From: Tubiluchus corallicola
Lineage: Eukaryota; Animalia; Priapulida
Reading direction: 5' to 3'
Assembly (NCBI GenBank): GCA_030141605.1
Contig: JAQGDQ010001423.1
Location: 1 to 41,810, forward strand
Length of the DNA: 41,810 nucleotides
Of this stretch, positions 1 through 12,288 are shown in pieces (position 1 is the stretch's first letter; every line of letters starts with the position of its first letter). The notes beneath the pieces are model-generated. The model saw only the letters and a list, made by a program, of their open reading frames with translations. It searched no databases and was not told the origin of the DNA. A program made the position numbers and the translations under genes.

Positions 1-33
1 GCAGATTCGAAAGTTGTTATCATTGTATATAAT

Positions 34-155
34 TGTAGTAGTAGTAATAGTAGTGGAAGTAGTAGTAGTGGTAGTGGTAGTGGTAGTGGTAGTGGTAGTG
101 GTAGTGGTAGTAGTAGTAGCAGTAGCAGCGGCAATAGTAGTAGTAGAAGTAGCAG
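34..155. repeat. (GTA/GTG)n trinucleotide microsatellite
   Basis: Direct reading of gtagtagtggtagtg... runs; this explains the poly-Val ORF 14..211. Confidence 0.95.
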
Positions 156-351
156 TATATATGTATATGTATATCATTGTATATACAAGTAAGTGGTGCA
201 TTGACAGATAATCACATAATTCATGTTCGTAACTATTTAAAAAAAATTTTCACTCTTTAAGGCTCACTCAAAGTCGTAATTACACTATTATTATGTAACA
301 ATATTATGTTTTCCTTTCTCAATTTTCAGGTTTATTGCTCTTATTATTGCT

Positions 352-1403
352 ATTATTACATCATTTACTTCATCCTTATTTACATTAAGTTATCTACAGA
401 AGCATGCATAACTATAATCATTTTTTCATTTAAGTAAGGTGAGTGTGTTAATGACCGTATGGTCGTACACTCACCTCGCACTACTCAAATTATTACATCA
501 TTTACTTCATCCTTATTTACATTAAGTTATCTACAGAAGCATGCATAACTATAATCATTTTTTCATTTAAGTAAGGTGAGTGTGTTAATGACCGTGTGGT
601 CGTACACTCACCTCGCACTACTCAAATTATTACATCATTTACTTCATCCTTATTTACATTAAGTTATCTACAGAAGCATGCATAACTATAATCATTTTTT
701 CATTTAAGTAAGGTGAGTGTGTTAATGACCGTATGGTCGTACACTCACCTCGCACTACTCAAATTATTACATCATTTACTTCATCCTTATTTACATTAAG
801 TTATCTACAGAAGCATGCATAACTATAATCATTTTTTCATTTAAGTAAGGTGAGTGTGTTAATGACCGTATGGTCGTACACTCACCTCGCACTACTCAAA
901 TTATTACATCATTTACTTCATCCTTATTTACATTAAGTTATCTACAGAAGCACGCATTACTATAATCATTTTTTTCATTTAAGTAAGGTGAGTGTGTTAA
1001 TGACCATATGGTCGTACACTCACCTCGCACTACTCAAATTATTACATCATTTACTTCATCCTTATTTACATTAACTTATCTACAAAAGCATGCATAACTA
1101 TAATCATTTGTTCATTTAAGTAATGTGAGTGTGTTAATGACCGTATGGTCGTACACTCATCTCGCAATACTCAAATTATTACATCATTTACTTCATCCTT
1201 ATTTACATTAAGTTATCTACAGAAGCACGCATTACTATAATCATTTTTTTCATTTAAGTAAGGTGAGTGTGTTAATGACCATATGGTCGTACACTCACCT
1301 CGCACTACTCAAATTATTACATCATTTACTTAATCCTTATTTACATTAACTTATCTACAAAAGCATGCATAACTATAATCATTTGTTCATTTAAGTAAGG
1401 TGA
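352..1403. repeat. 137-138 bp tandem satellite, ~7.7 copies, each complete copy with an internal hairpin
   Basis: Unit starts (attattacatc) at 352, 489, 626, 763, 900, 1038, 1175 and 1313. Hairpin is aggtgagtgt-gttaat-gacc-gtat-ggtc-gt-acactcacct. Confidence 0.97.
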
Positions 1404-1800
1404 AACTCTAGGTCAAAACAATCTACTCTTTAAAATATTGAAAGAAACATACTATGTTTTCAAAAATGATTTACGTGAAAGAATTATTACCGCACAAACA
1501 CAATTTCACGTTCACGCCACTAGTTCTTCACTGTTACATGCATTTCGCCATTCGCAAGTTAGACGGGCACTAGCGCCTGCATTTTGGAAACGTATTGCAC
1601 AAAAAACAGGTGTTGTACCCCTCAGTTCAGATGTGTTAGTTTGTGACAAATACACACGTTCGACAGCTCATGCGTGAGTATAGCCTTAAATATGAAATTT
1701 GAATTTTTATCTTAAAACTTGCCTAGTTTTATTACAACACACTGAATGTCTTACATAAGCACTGTACTTTAATTCCCGCTTTCACAAACACGTGCAACAC

Positions 1801-1802
<2 letters not shown>
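1403..1802 (+). repeat. Dispersed repeat copy A (inverted partner at 6491-6830)
   Basis: aaactctaggtcaaaacaatctactctttaaaatattgaaa...acaaacacgtgcaacacgc is the reverse complement, with indels, of 6491-6830. Confidence 0.9.
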
Positions 1803-2803
<1,001 letters not shown>

Positions 2804-3009
2804 TTTCTCTTTTGAACTATCATTGCTTACATTACTGGTACTGATCTGTCACACAAACATAAATAAATGTCCACGTTAATAAATTGTCTTGACACATGAA
2901 GATAGATGCCATTTCTTTGTGATTTGTCGGGAAAACGTCCATTATACATCTCATGAATTACACAGATTAAATATACATCTCTCATGATCACCGTTCGCGA
3001 CAGAAATAA

Positions 3010-3067
3010 TGTAGTGGTCACAGCGTCGACTTGCAAACAAAGAATTCCTGGTTCAAATGCAGGCTGT
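3010..3067 (+). mobile_element. Degenerate tRNA-derived SINE head / pseudo-tRNA
   Basis: A-box-like tgtagtggt, anticodon-arm-like gacttgcaaa and B-box-like ggttcaaatgc at tRNA-like spacing; no complete cloverleaf. Confidence 0.5.
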
Positions 3068-3179
3068 ACTCCTACAATTTTCTTTCAGCCGAGTTTGGTT
3101 TCAAAATTTAACAATACTAAATTTATTTTATAACAATCATGTATTTATTACATTATCAGTTGTAAAGTTGTTGCATAAA

Positions 3180-3400
3180 TGAGAGAGAGAAACAGAGAGA
3201 GGGGAGGGAGAGAGAAAGAGATAGATAGAGAGAAAGAGAGAGAGGGGGGAGGCAGAGAGAGAGGGGAGAGAGAGAGAGAGAGACACAGAGAGAGAGAGAG
3301 AGAGAGCGAAAGAGAGAGAGAGACAGAGAGAGAGAGCGAAAGAGAAAGAAAGAGAGGGAGAGAGAGAGCGAAAGAGAAAGAAACAGAGAGAGAGAGAGAG
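3180..3400. repeat. (GA)n-rich microsatellite
   Basis: Direct reading. Confidence 0.95.
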
Positions 3401-4242
3401 AATTTACATGGCGGCCATGATCAACGCATCCAAACACAGACTATACTACAGTCACGTATACATATAGTTATGGTTTTTGATTGTTTAGTACTGAAATGCC
3501 CGTGCTAATTCTGAGAACACCGAATAGCCAAAGACTCCACGCTTTCTTGTTAAAATAGACCCGCCCGAAGCCATTTCGGATACAGAAGAACCGGACGAGT
3601 GATATACTGTATACAGCTCTTTAGTTTGAGCGACGAAGTACGATGTGCAAACGTGTTTAATATCTGATAATGAATATCATTTATTTTTCTCATTGAGTTT
3701 AGCGTACTGGTTTAACTTTAGTGTTATTGTGTATTGTTGAGTATTGTGCATATCTTAAGTTATCTTTATAATTATTAATGAGTGCCGTAAGGTAGTTTAA
3801 TCGTGCAAATATCTAAGGTAAGAAAATGTTTTTTTAAATTTTCAACATGGCAGACACGTGCGGCTATGTATGTACCTATGCGGCTATAGTTTGTTGCTAA
3901 TTCTTGGATATTTAGATATCTTTATATATATATGTTGATACATATAATAATATATAATACGTGTAATATGTATGTATATATGTATGTGTATATATATATA
4001 TATAATTGAATGATTTTTCTTCAAATATTCGAATAGTAAATTATTCAAATATTCGAATAGTAAATAGCACAACTACTAAACACATTTTCCTTCGCGACTT
4101 TGCACGTAAAAATATAACACTATAGAGTAGATTTATTTTGAAATTTCGTGACCTGGAACCTAAAACTTTTACCACATGGACAAGGAACTAATTTCAACGG
4201 TATAATAAACAACCGTAAAATACAGGTACAGTAAACAAAGGT

Positions 4243-5429
4243 ACTCTTTGTACGTGGGTAGAGAGATTGCAATAGAACTCTGTTGTACGTGGGTAGAGAG
4301 ATTGCAATAGAACTCTGTTGTACGTGGGTAGAGAGATTGCAATAGAACTCTGTTGTACGTGGGTAGAGAGATTGCAATAGAACTCTGTTGTACGTGGGTA
4401 GAGAGATTGCAATAGAACCCTGTTGTACGTGGGTAGAGAGATTGCAATAGAACTCTGTTGTACGTGAGTAGAGAGATTGCAATAGAATTCTGTTGTACGT
4501 GAGTAGAGAGATTGCAATAGAATTCTGTTGTACGTGAGTAGAGAGATTGCAGTAGAACTCTGTTGTACGTGGGTAGAGAGATTGCAATAGAACTCTGTTG
4601 TACGTGAGTAGAGAGATTGCAATAGAACTCTGTTGTACGTGAGTACAGAGATTGCAATAGAACTCTGTTGTACGTGGGTAGAGAGATTGCAATAGAACCC
4701 TGTTGTACGTGAGTAGAGAGATTGCAATAGAACCCTGTTGTACGTGGGTAGAGAGATTGCAATAGAACTCTGTTGTACGTGGGTAGAGATTGCAATAGAA
4801 CTCTGTTGTACGTGGGTAGAGAGATTGCAATAGAACTCTGTTGTACGTGGGTAGAGAGATTGCAATAGAACTCTGTTGTACGTGAGTAGAGAGATTGCAA
4901 TAGAACTCTGTTGTCTGTGAGTAGAGAGATTGCAATAGAACTCTGTTGTACGTGGGTAGAGAGATTGCAATAGAACTCTGTTGTACGTGAGTAGAGAGAT
5001 TGCAATAGAACTCTGTTGTACGTGAGTAGAGAGATTGCAATAGAACTCTGTTGTACGTGGGTAGAGAGATTGCAATAGAACTCTGTTGTACGTGGGTAGA
5101 GAGATTGCAGTAGAACTCTGTTGTACGTGGGTAGAGAGATTGCAGTAGAACTCTGTTGTACATGAGTAGAGAGATTGCAATAGAACTCTGTTGTACGTGG
5201 GTAGAGAGATTGCAGTAGAACTCTGTTGTACGTGGGTAGAGAGATTGCAGTAGAACTCTGTTGTACGTGAGTAGAGAGATTGCAATAGAACTCTGTTGTA
5301 CGTGAGTAGAGAGATTGCAATAGAACTCTGTTGTACGTGGGTAGAGAGATTGCAATAGAACTCTGTTGTACGTGGGTAGAGAGATTGCAATAGAACTCTG
5401 TTGTACGTGGGTAGAGGGATGCAATAGAA
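4243..5429. repeat. 35-bp minisatellite, ~34 near-identical copies
   Basis: Unit gtacgtg(g/a)gtagagagattgcaatagaactctgtt; attgc at 4266 and 4301 gives a period of 35; copies are head-to-tail with no spacers. Confidence 0.98.
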
Positions 5430-5779
5430 TTTTTCTGTATAGATTCTGCTAGAATATGGTTGAGTCGCCCTCAACAAAACCAAAATTGGGATTGATACTT
5501 TTGAAATAAGTTATACGCTTAAACTAAGATGGCACCTGCTGGGCCAAAAATCAGTTGTGTTTCCTAAACCATCCATTGGTGGTTTTCCGGTATTGTCAAT
5601 CAGGGCCTATTTCAGCCTAGGCGAGGCCCGGGGAAGTGGGGCATATGAGGCTCCATCAGGGGAGGGGGGCGGGCATTACCATGTTTGGCGTCCAGAAAAT
5701 TTTTGAACTGCTAGAACGATGGAGAAACATTTTCGAAGAGAAAATATGGAGTTATACAGTTGTTAAAGGAAAGAACAAT

Positions 5780-5847
5780 TGAGCGAGGGAGGGAGAGAGG
5801 GAAGGAGGAAGGGAGGGAGGGAGGGAGAGAGAGAGAGAGAGAGAGAC
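5780..5847. repeat. (GGGA)n/(GA)n microsatellite
   Basis: Direct reading. Confidence 0.9.
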
Positions 5848-6490
5848 GAAAAATGTTATGTACAGTATATTTAAGAAGTTGGTTTTTTTGTCATAGTAGG
5901 TGCTGCTTAATAGACTCACTTTGGGACGGAAATGCTTTGACCCAGTTGAATGACTGTGTTTAGTATATTACTGTTATACAAGTATGAGTCATCACTTGAG
6001 GCTTTAAATGAATTTTAGAAATGAATTAGTGTCAAAAACACCTATGTGCAGTTATTCATGAAGCATAATTTATGTAAGTGAATTCATAAAAAATATTGCA
6101 AAAATCTGTGATTATTACCATTGGAATTTAAAAAAGTTTATGCAAGGTCGATTACTTCATTTCTTCACGAAGAAGTTGGTTTATGAAATTCTCATAGTGA
6201 TAAGAACATTGAAAATCTGTTACTGTATACTGTACATATTCACTCAAAACACGTAGTCACCTAGTGCTTGAGCTGCAGTTGGTGATGACCTTGTTTCTCC
6301 TGTGAAAACCAGCGGGAACTTCAAAAGCAAACCGCTGGTCAAGTGATTAAATGTTTACCTTCCAGAGACACCAATATTAGAAGCCTTATAAGTCATGTGA
6401 CCTAAGCTTTAGTAGTATACGCCACCTATCAATCACACTTGTTTTTACACGTAGTTTAACAATATTTTAAACAGCAGAAATATCCTAAGA

Positions 6491-6830
6491 GCGTGTTGCA
6501 CGTGTTTGCGAAAACGAAAATTGAAGTACAGTGCTACTGTAAAATATTCAGTGTGTTGTACTAAGTCTAGGCAAATTTTAAGATAAAAATTGAAATTTCA
6601 AAATTACTGCTGTGCTCACGCGTGAAGTAGCACATCTGAGCTACGAGGTACAGCACCTGATTTTGTGCAATACGTAACATAACTAGCGAATGCATGTAAC
6701 AAGGAAGAACTAGTGTCGCAAACGTGAAGCTGCGTTTGCGTGGTAATAATTCTTTCACGTAAGTCATTTTTGAAAAAACGACATGTTTCCTTTCAATATT
6801 TTAAAGAGTAGATTGTTTTGACCTACAGTT
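6491..6830 (-). repeat. Dispersed repeat copy B (inverted relative to 1403-1802)
   Basis: gcgtgttgcacgtgtttg...aatattttaaagagtagattgttttgacct matches the reverse complement of 1403-1802. Confidence 0.9.
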
Positions 6831-6834
6831 TAAG

Positions 6835-7575
6835 ATTGGGTCCCGTTTTGCTTTAAACAGACAAATCAAATGACATGCTGAATCCAAGAAATCTATTCAG
6901 ATTACAAAACACTGATATTTCTTTATAAATATATCAATAAACTGAGCATTCCATTTGTAAACAATCCCTTAACATTCATTCCTGATACCACTTTAAACAC
7001 TAGAACATACAATTTAAAGCAAATTACAGTAAACAATAAATTTGGAAATAATTCTATATCAAAACAGGCCATACATTTATGGAACTTACTACCCAGTGTA
7101 ATAAAACAAATAGAATCTCTCCACCACTTTAAAAAGAAATTAAAAGAATATCAATATAACAGGTTTCAACTTCCACATTGTGCATCTGATACTAATTACA
7201 CAGACTCAACTTTCATCTACCCCCGCCCCTGACTCCATATAATGATTAAAAATGAAATTTTTTAAAAAAAAATATGTAATGTAATACGTGTTATGTTAGT
7301 TTCGTGTTTCGTAATGTTAAATGTATAAATAGTGTGCACTATGTAATGTAAAATTTAGTGTACTCTCCTATAATTGTTTGTGAAAATATTTTAATATGGT
7401 ATTTGTAAATATGTTCATTATATTGTATATAGTTTGCACTTTAGTTTTTTTAGTATGCACTGGACGCATTTGTCTTGAACAGTGTTGTTATTTTAACATT
7501 ACGCTGAGGCTTACTTAATTTTATTATAATGAGGGAACCGTTTTTATGACAAATAAAGAATTAATATATATATAT
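6835..7575 (+). mobile_element. Old 3' fragment of a CR1/L2-group LINE (ORF2 C-terminus and probable 3' UTR)
   Basis: The frame at ~7020-7232 reads ...SISKQAIHLWNLLPSVIKQIESLHHFKKKLKEY..., the LWNxLP...FK..LK motif typical of CR1/L2 ORF2 ends (compare LWNTLSDDLK in the ORF2 at 8968). A frameshifted LIFLYKYINKL lies upstream and AATAAA is near 7552. Confidence 0.7.
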
Positions 7576-7664
7576 ATTACGACTACAGCTCTGCTTTTGG
7601 CAACTAATTAGTCATTTAATATAAGTAGTATGGAATATGAGTTAAAATGTTCCAGGCTAGTGTG

Positions 7665-8300
7665 CTGTTATTCATTCACTGTTGAATGTAAAGGTGTCCA
7701 AGGCTTAGTTATTGGCATTCTAGCTGTTCGTTCACTGTTGAATATGAGATGCCTAAGACTTATCTGTTGGCATTCTAGCTATTCGTTCACTGTTGAGTAT
7801 GAGATGCCTAAGACTTATTTGTTGGCATTCTAACTATTCGTTCTCTGTTGAATAAGAGATGGACAAGGCTTAGGTGTTGGCATTCTAACTATTCGTTCTC
7901 TGTTGAATACGAAATGTTCAAGGGTTGGCTGTTGACATTTTAACTATTCATCCAGTGTTGAATAAGAGATGTCCGAGGCTTAGGTGCTGACATTCTAACT
8001 ATTCATCCATTGTTGAATACGAGATGTCCAAGACTTTGAATTATGAATCTAATTATTCATTCACTGTTGAATATAAGGTGTCAAAGGCTTACGTGTTGGC
8101 ATTCTAACTATTCATTCACTGTTGAATATGAACTGTCCAAGACTTTGCAGCTGGAATCTAATTATTCATTCACTATTGAATATAAGGTGTCTAAGCCTTG
8201 GCATCTACTTATTCTTTCATTATTGAATATAAGTATTGGATGTAAGTATTCATTATTGGATGTTTAAGATTTTACAGTTGGCACCTAATTATTCATTCAT
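7665..8300. repeat. Degenerate 55-bp minisatellite (~11 copies), interrupted by the LINE and resuming at ~12930-13023
   Basis: gttga(a/g)t recurs at 7681, 7737, 7792, 7847, 7902, 7957, 8012, 8066 and 8121. Consensus ~attcattcactgttgaatatgagatgtccaaggcttaggtgttggcattctaact. Confidence 0.9.
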
Positions 8301-8930
8301 TTGCTATTGCAGCTCACAGATCAAGTTAAATCTAGCCAGGACTTTATAAGCAGCAAATTTGACCAATTTAAAATGGAGACAGATGCTTTAAAAAAGACCA
8401 CCAATGATCTTACTAAAAAATTAAACGAGCTAGAGAGAAAGCAGGATGATTTAGACCAGTATGGGCGACGGGACACCCTCATTATCTCCGGTATACCCCA
8501 AGCTAGTGATTATGAAAATACTGACGAAATTGTTTGTCAAGTAGGTCAAGCCCTCAAGGTGAACATCTGTAAAGAGGACATCTCGATCTCCCATCGATTG
8601 CCACGAAAAGAAAGTGCTACAAGACCACCACAGATTATTGTGAAATTTATAAAACGGAAAGTAAGAGACTGTTTGTGGCAAAACAAACCCAAGAGAAATG
8701 GATCTCTTAAGGCTAGTGATTTAGGGTATGTTTCACATAATCTTGTGTACATTAGTGAAAGTTTAACTAATCGTAGACGTGTATTACTTAACAAATGTCT
8801 CGAACTAAAAAGAAACAAAGTAATCTTGTATGTTTGGACTAAAAATGGCCAGATTTTCATCAGGAAAACTGAATCATCTGAACCCTTCCCTGTAAACAAT
8901 TTTGATGATGTAGATAAATTAAAACACTAA
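8301..8930 (+). CDS. LINE ORF1 protein (L1-type coiled coil + RRM + CTD), N-terminally truncated
   Basis: Motifs LDQYGRRDTLIISGIP, DISISHRL, PPQIIVKF, VYISESLT and YVWTKNGQIFIRK fit L1-like (Transposase_22/FP25K-related) ORF1s. The frame begins at the minisatellite junction on TTG rather than ATG. Confidence 0.88.
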   Translation: MLLQLTDQVKSSQDFISSKFDQFKMETDALKKTTNDLTKKLNELERKQDDLDQYGRRDTLIISGIPQASDYENTDEIVCQVGQALKVNICKEDISISHRLPRKESATRPPQIIVKFIKRKVRDCLWQNKPKRNGSLKASDLGYVSHNLVYISESLTNRRRVLLNKCLELKRNKVILYVWTKNGQIFIRKTESSEPFPVNNFDDVDKLKH

Positions 8931-8967
8931 TCACTTCTTCACTCGTTTCAATCAATAACGTATTGTA

Positions 8968-11900
8968 ATGGTTAGCTTTAATTGTACTAAGTGTAATAAA
9001 ACTTGCAAAGCAAATCAAAACTCAATTCAATGTGATGTGTGTTCCCTCTGGACACATCTAAAGTGTACAATGTTGTCTCATCATGATTTTGTAAATTTAG
9101 CAAGTTCTAATGACAGTTACTTCTGCCAGCAATGCATTAATGATGTGCTTCCTTTGCAGTTCATTGATGATGATGAATTTATGGAAATGACTAATCACTA
9201 TCAATTTTCTAATTTTGTAAAAGATTTATCTTGCTTTTCATCAATTTATGACTCTTCTTCGCTAGTCCACTGTAATAGAGATGATACAGACATCGACAAT
9301 TATAGACTTCAGTATGACAGCAAATACATTAATCTTGCAAATCTGAGTAGTGATAAATCCACAGATAAAGCAAACAATGACACATTTATAATACACTTTA
9401 ACACATCAAGTTTGAGGAAATACTATTCAGACATGACTGATACATTAACACAATTTCAAAAAATGCCTGAGTTAATAGCGATCTCGGAAACCAGAATTCA
9501 CGAATCTGACACTTTTTTATGTAACATTCCAGGATATTCTTTCTTACATTATGATTCCAATACAGCTGCTGGTGGCGTAGGTGTGTATGTAAAATCTAAC
9601 CTCAATTTTAAAATTAAACCTGAATACAAAATAAGAACTTGTAAAAATGTTATTGTTAATGGGATTAGTACAACTAGTAGACTAGCACTTGAGGACCTGT
9701 GGCTTGAAATTGCTTCCACCGATAACAAAAAAGCTTTTATATTTGGAATAATATATAGGCATCCAAACACCCCAGTCGAACATTTTCATGACGAATTAGA
9801 ATCAGTTCTTTGCACTATCAATTCCACAGGCAAACCAGCTTATATATGTGGAGACATTAATATAGACTTATATCAACATGATAACAAACCATTTATTAAT
9901 AAGTATCTCAACATGCTCTTCTCAAATCAATTTACACCAATTATCACGCGACCAACTAGAATTACTCCAACGTCACACACCCTAATTGATCATATTTATA
10001 CTAATAATCTTTCTGCACCCATCACATCTGGCATCATTACTAACCCCATTGCGGACCACTTGCCAATATTTGCCATTATAAGAAATACTAATCTCCTGCA
10101 CAACAACATTAAAAAAACAGTCAGATGTACGAGATCATTCAATCAAGGTAACTTTTTAAGCGAGCTTCAAGTTAATATAAGTAACCTAACACTGAATGAT
10201 GGCGAAGCAGACATACACTCTTACTGCTCACAATTCATGGACTCGTTTAAAACATTACTTGACAAACATGCCCCACTCAAAACGTTATCAAGGAAAAACT
10301 CAAAAACTATAGCTAAACCATGGATCACTCCCGGCATTCTCAATTCCATTAAAACAAGAAGCCGTATGTATACAACACACAAGTTATCCAACTCACTGTA
10401 TAAGCAAAATTTATATAAAACATATTCTAACAAACTTAATCACATCAAACATGCATCCAAAAAGAAGTATTACTCCCAGATCTTGCTTGCAAACAAAAAT
10501 AACATGAAACAAACTTGGAGCACTATCAATGAACTTCTCAAAATTAAAAAAAAGACAGCAAGTATAATGCCAACTAAAGTTCGTTACCAAGGCACAACCT
10601 CATGCGACCCGCACCATAAAGCTAATGCTTTTAACAGTTTTTTTGCAAACATTGGTATATCACTGGCATCACGCATAACACAACCCCAAAACTGTAAGTA
10701 TACAGACTATTTAATGCATCCCCAAGAAAATTCTTTCTATATCACACCAGTTAGCGAAATCGAGATTTCCCAAGCTATTGATAGACTAGATCCCAATAAA
10801 GCAAAAGGCCCTTATGACATTCCAATTACATATTTCAAAATGTCAAAAAACATAATCTTAGCTCCGCTTACAAATCTGTTTAATGCGTCAATTCTGACTG
10901 GGACATTCCCCGACACTTTAAAACTGGCAAAAGTAATCCCCATATATAAAAAAGATGATCCAAACGAGCTGAACAACTACCGACCTATCTCACTCATATC
11001 ACCCATTGCCAAAATTTTTGAGTCAATTTTATATAAACGCCTGATGACATATTTAATCAAAAATGATACAATATCGTGTTTTCAATTCGGTTTCCGCAAA
11101 AATCATTCCACAATATTAGCAACTGCTGAAATCATAGACAATCTTCTGACAAACCTAGACAATAAATTACTTACCTGCGGCATCTTTCTTGATTTAACAA
11201 AAGCTTTTGACACCGTTCAACACGACATTCTACTCAACAAAATGGACTATTATGGTATCCGTGGAATCACGCAAAAACTATTCCAGTCATATCTTACGAA
11301 CAGACACCAATTTACGGTAGTTGACAATTTTGCCTCTGACCTATGCTCAATACAATGTGGTGTACCTCAAGGATCCACCTTGGGTCCACTTCTTTTCCTG
11401 ATATATATAAATGACCTCCCTCTTTGTACTAACATGCAAACACGACTTTTTGCTGATGACACTAACCTCTTCTTAGCAGACAACGATACGCAAAATCTTG
11501 AGCTTAAAAGTAATGAAGAACTGATCAAAATTAACACATGGATGCGTACAAATAAGTTAACAGTAAACTATAATAAAACAAAATTTATGATCATAAGAAA
11601 TAAATTTGAAAACAATGAAAACTCCATTATAACAGTATCCATGCAAGACTGTTTATTAGAACAAGTATCCGACATAAAATATCTGGGCGTCTACATAGAT
11701 GACACCCTTAATTGGTCAACACACATAAAAAATATTACCTACAAAGTAAGCAAAGTTACAGGTATATTTTTTAAATTGAGGCATTACTTGAGCACGGATA
11801 TACTAAAAATGATTTACTTTGCCATTGTGTACCCACACATTAAGTATTGTATCTTATCGTGGGGCACAGCAAAAAAATCTGTTTTGAAACCACTTACAGC

Positions 11901-12288
11901 AGCACATAACAAAATTATCAAAACAATGACTTTTGCTGGGTTCCGCGATCATGCTACCCCCTCCTATTATGCTTTGCAATTATTAAAAATTAATGAAATT
12001 TATAAGCTTGAGTTAGCGAAATTCATGTTCAACTATAAAAAGGGCATTCTACCTAAATTATACGGCAATTATTTCAAAAAGATTAGTGACGTTCACCAGT
12101 ATTCTACGAGAGCAGCTACCAAACAAAACTATTTTCAGGAAAGATTTAACACAACAAAAGGTTTACAAACTTTAAAACATAATGGTACAGTTCTATGGAA
12201 TACTCTTTCAGATGATCTTAAGCAATCAACTAGTATCTATCACTTAAGTAAATTATACAAATGTCAACTCTTGCAAACTTATTACTGA
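8968..12288 (+). CDS. LINE ORF2 polyprotein: PHD finger + AP endonuclease + reverse transcriptase, 1106 aa
   Basis: PHD: CTKC...QCDVCSLWTHLKC...YFCQQC. APE: AISET, IYRHP, CGDIN, TLIDHIY, ADHLP. RT: YRPISL, QFGFR, FLDLTKAFDTV, GVPQGSTLGPLLFLIYIND, LFADD, KYLGV. Confidence 0.97.
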   Translation: MVSFNCTKCNKTCKANQNSIQCDVCSLWTHLKCTMLSHHDFVNLASSNDSYFCQQCINDVLPLQFIDDDEFMEMTNHYQFSNFVKDLSCFSSIYDSSSLVHCNRDDTDIDNYRLQYDSKYINLANLSSDKSTDKANNDTFIIHFNTSSLRKYYSDMTDTLTQFQKMPELIAISETRIHESDTFLCNIPGYSFLHYDSNTAAGGVGVYVKSNLNFKIKPEYKIRTCKNVIVNGISTTSRLALEDLWLEIASTDNKKAFIFGIIYRHPNTPVEHFHDELESVLCTINSTGKPAYICGDINIDLYQHDNKPFINKYLNMLFSNQFTPIITRPTRITPTSHTLIDHIYTNNLSAPITSGIITNPIADHLPIFAIIRNTNLLHNNIKKTVRCTRSFNQGNFLSELQVNISNLTLNDGEADIHSYCSQFMDSFKTLLDKHAPLKTLSRKNSKTIAKPWITPGILNSIKTRSRMYTTHKLSNSLYKQNLYKTYSNKLNHIKHASKKKYYSQILLANKNNMKQTWSTINELLKIKKKTASIMPTKVRYQGTTSCDPHHKANAFNSFFANIGISLASRITQPQNCKYTDYLMHPQENSFYITPVSEIEISQAIDRLDPNKAKGPYDIPITYFKMSKNIILAPLTNLFNASILTGTFPDTLKLAKVIPIYKKDDPNELNNYRPISLISPIAKIFESILYKRLMTYLIKNDTISCFQFGFRKNHSTILATAEIIDNLLTNLDNKLLTCGIFLDLTKAFDTVQHDILLNKMDYYGIRGITQKLFQSYLTNRHQFTVVDNFASDLCSIQCGVPQGSTLGPLLFLIYINDLPLCTNMQTRLFADDTNLFLADNDTQNLELKSNEELIKINTWMRTNKLTVNYNKTKFMIIRNKFENNENSIITVSMQDCLLEQVSDIKYLGVYIDDTLNWSTHIKNITYKVSKVTGIFFKLRHYLSTDILKMIYFAIVYPHIKYCILSWGTAKKSVLKPLTAAHNKIIKTMTFAGFRDHATPSYYALQLLKINEIYKLELAKFMFNYKKGILPKLYGNYFKKISDVHQYSTRAATKQNYFQERFNTTKGLQTLKHNGTVLWNTLSDDLKQSTSIYHLSKLYKCQLLQTYY

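Noticed and set aside
352-1403. Hammerhead ribozyme / retrozyme in satellite monomers
   Set aside because: No CUGANGA...GAAA core was found on either strand of the unit.
4243-5429. CRISPR array (35-bp repeats)
   Set aside because: Units are head-to-tail with no unique spacers, no cas genes are present and the context is eukaryotic.
4120-5483. Three long minus-strand ORFs (383-434 aa) as genes
   Set aside because: They result from a stop-free 35-bp unit; all frames give the same peptide and a 2-nt indel is tolerated.
8451-10433. Antisense ORFs within the LINE
   Set aside because: Short shadow frames of ORF1 and ORF2 with no recognisable motifs.
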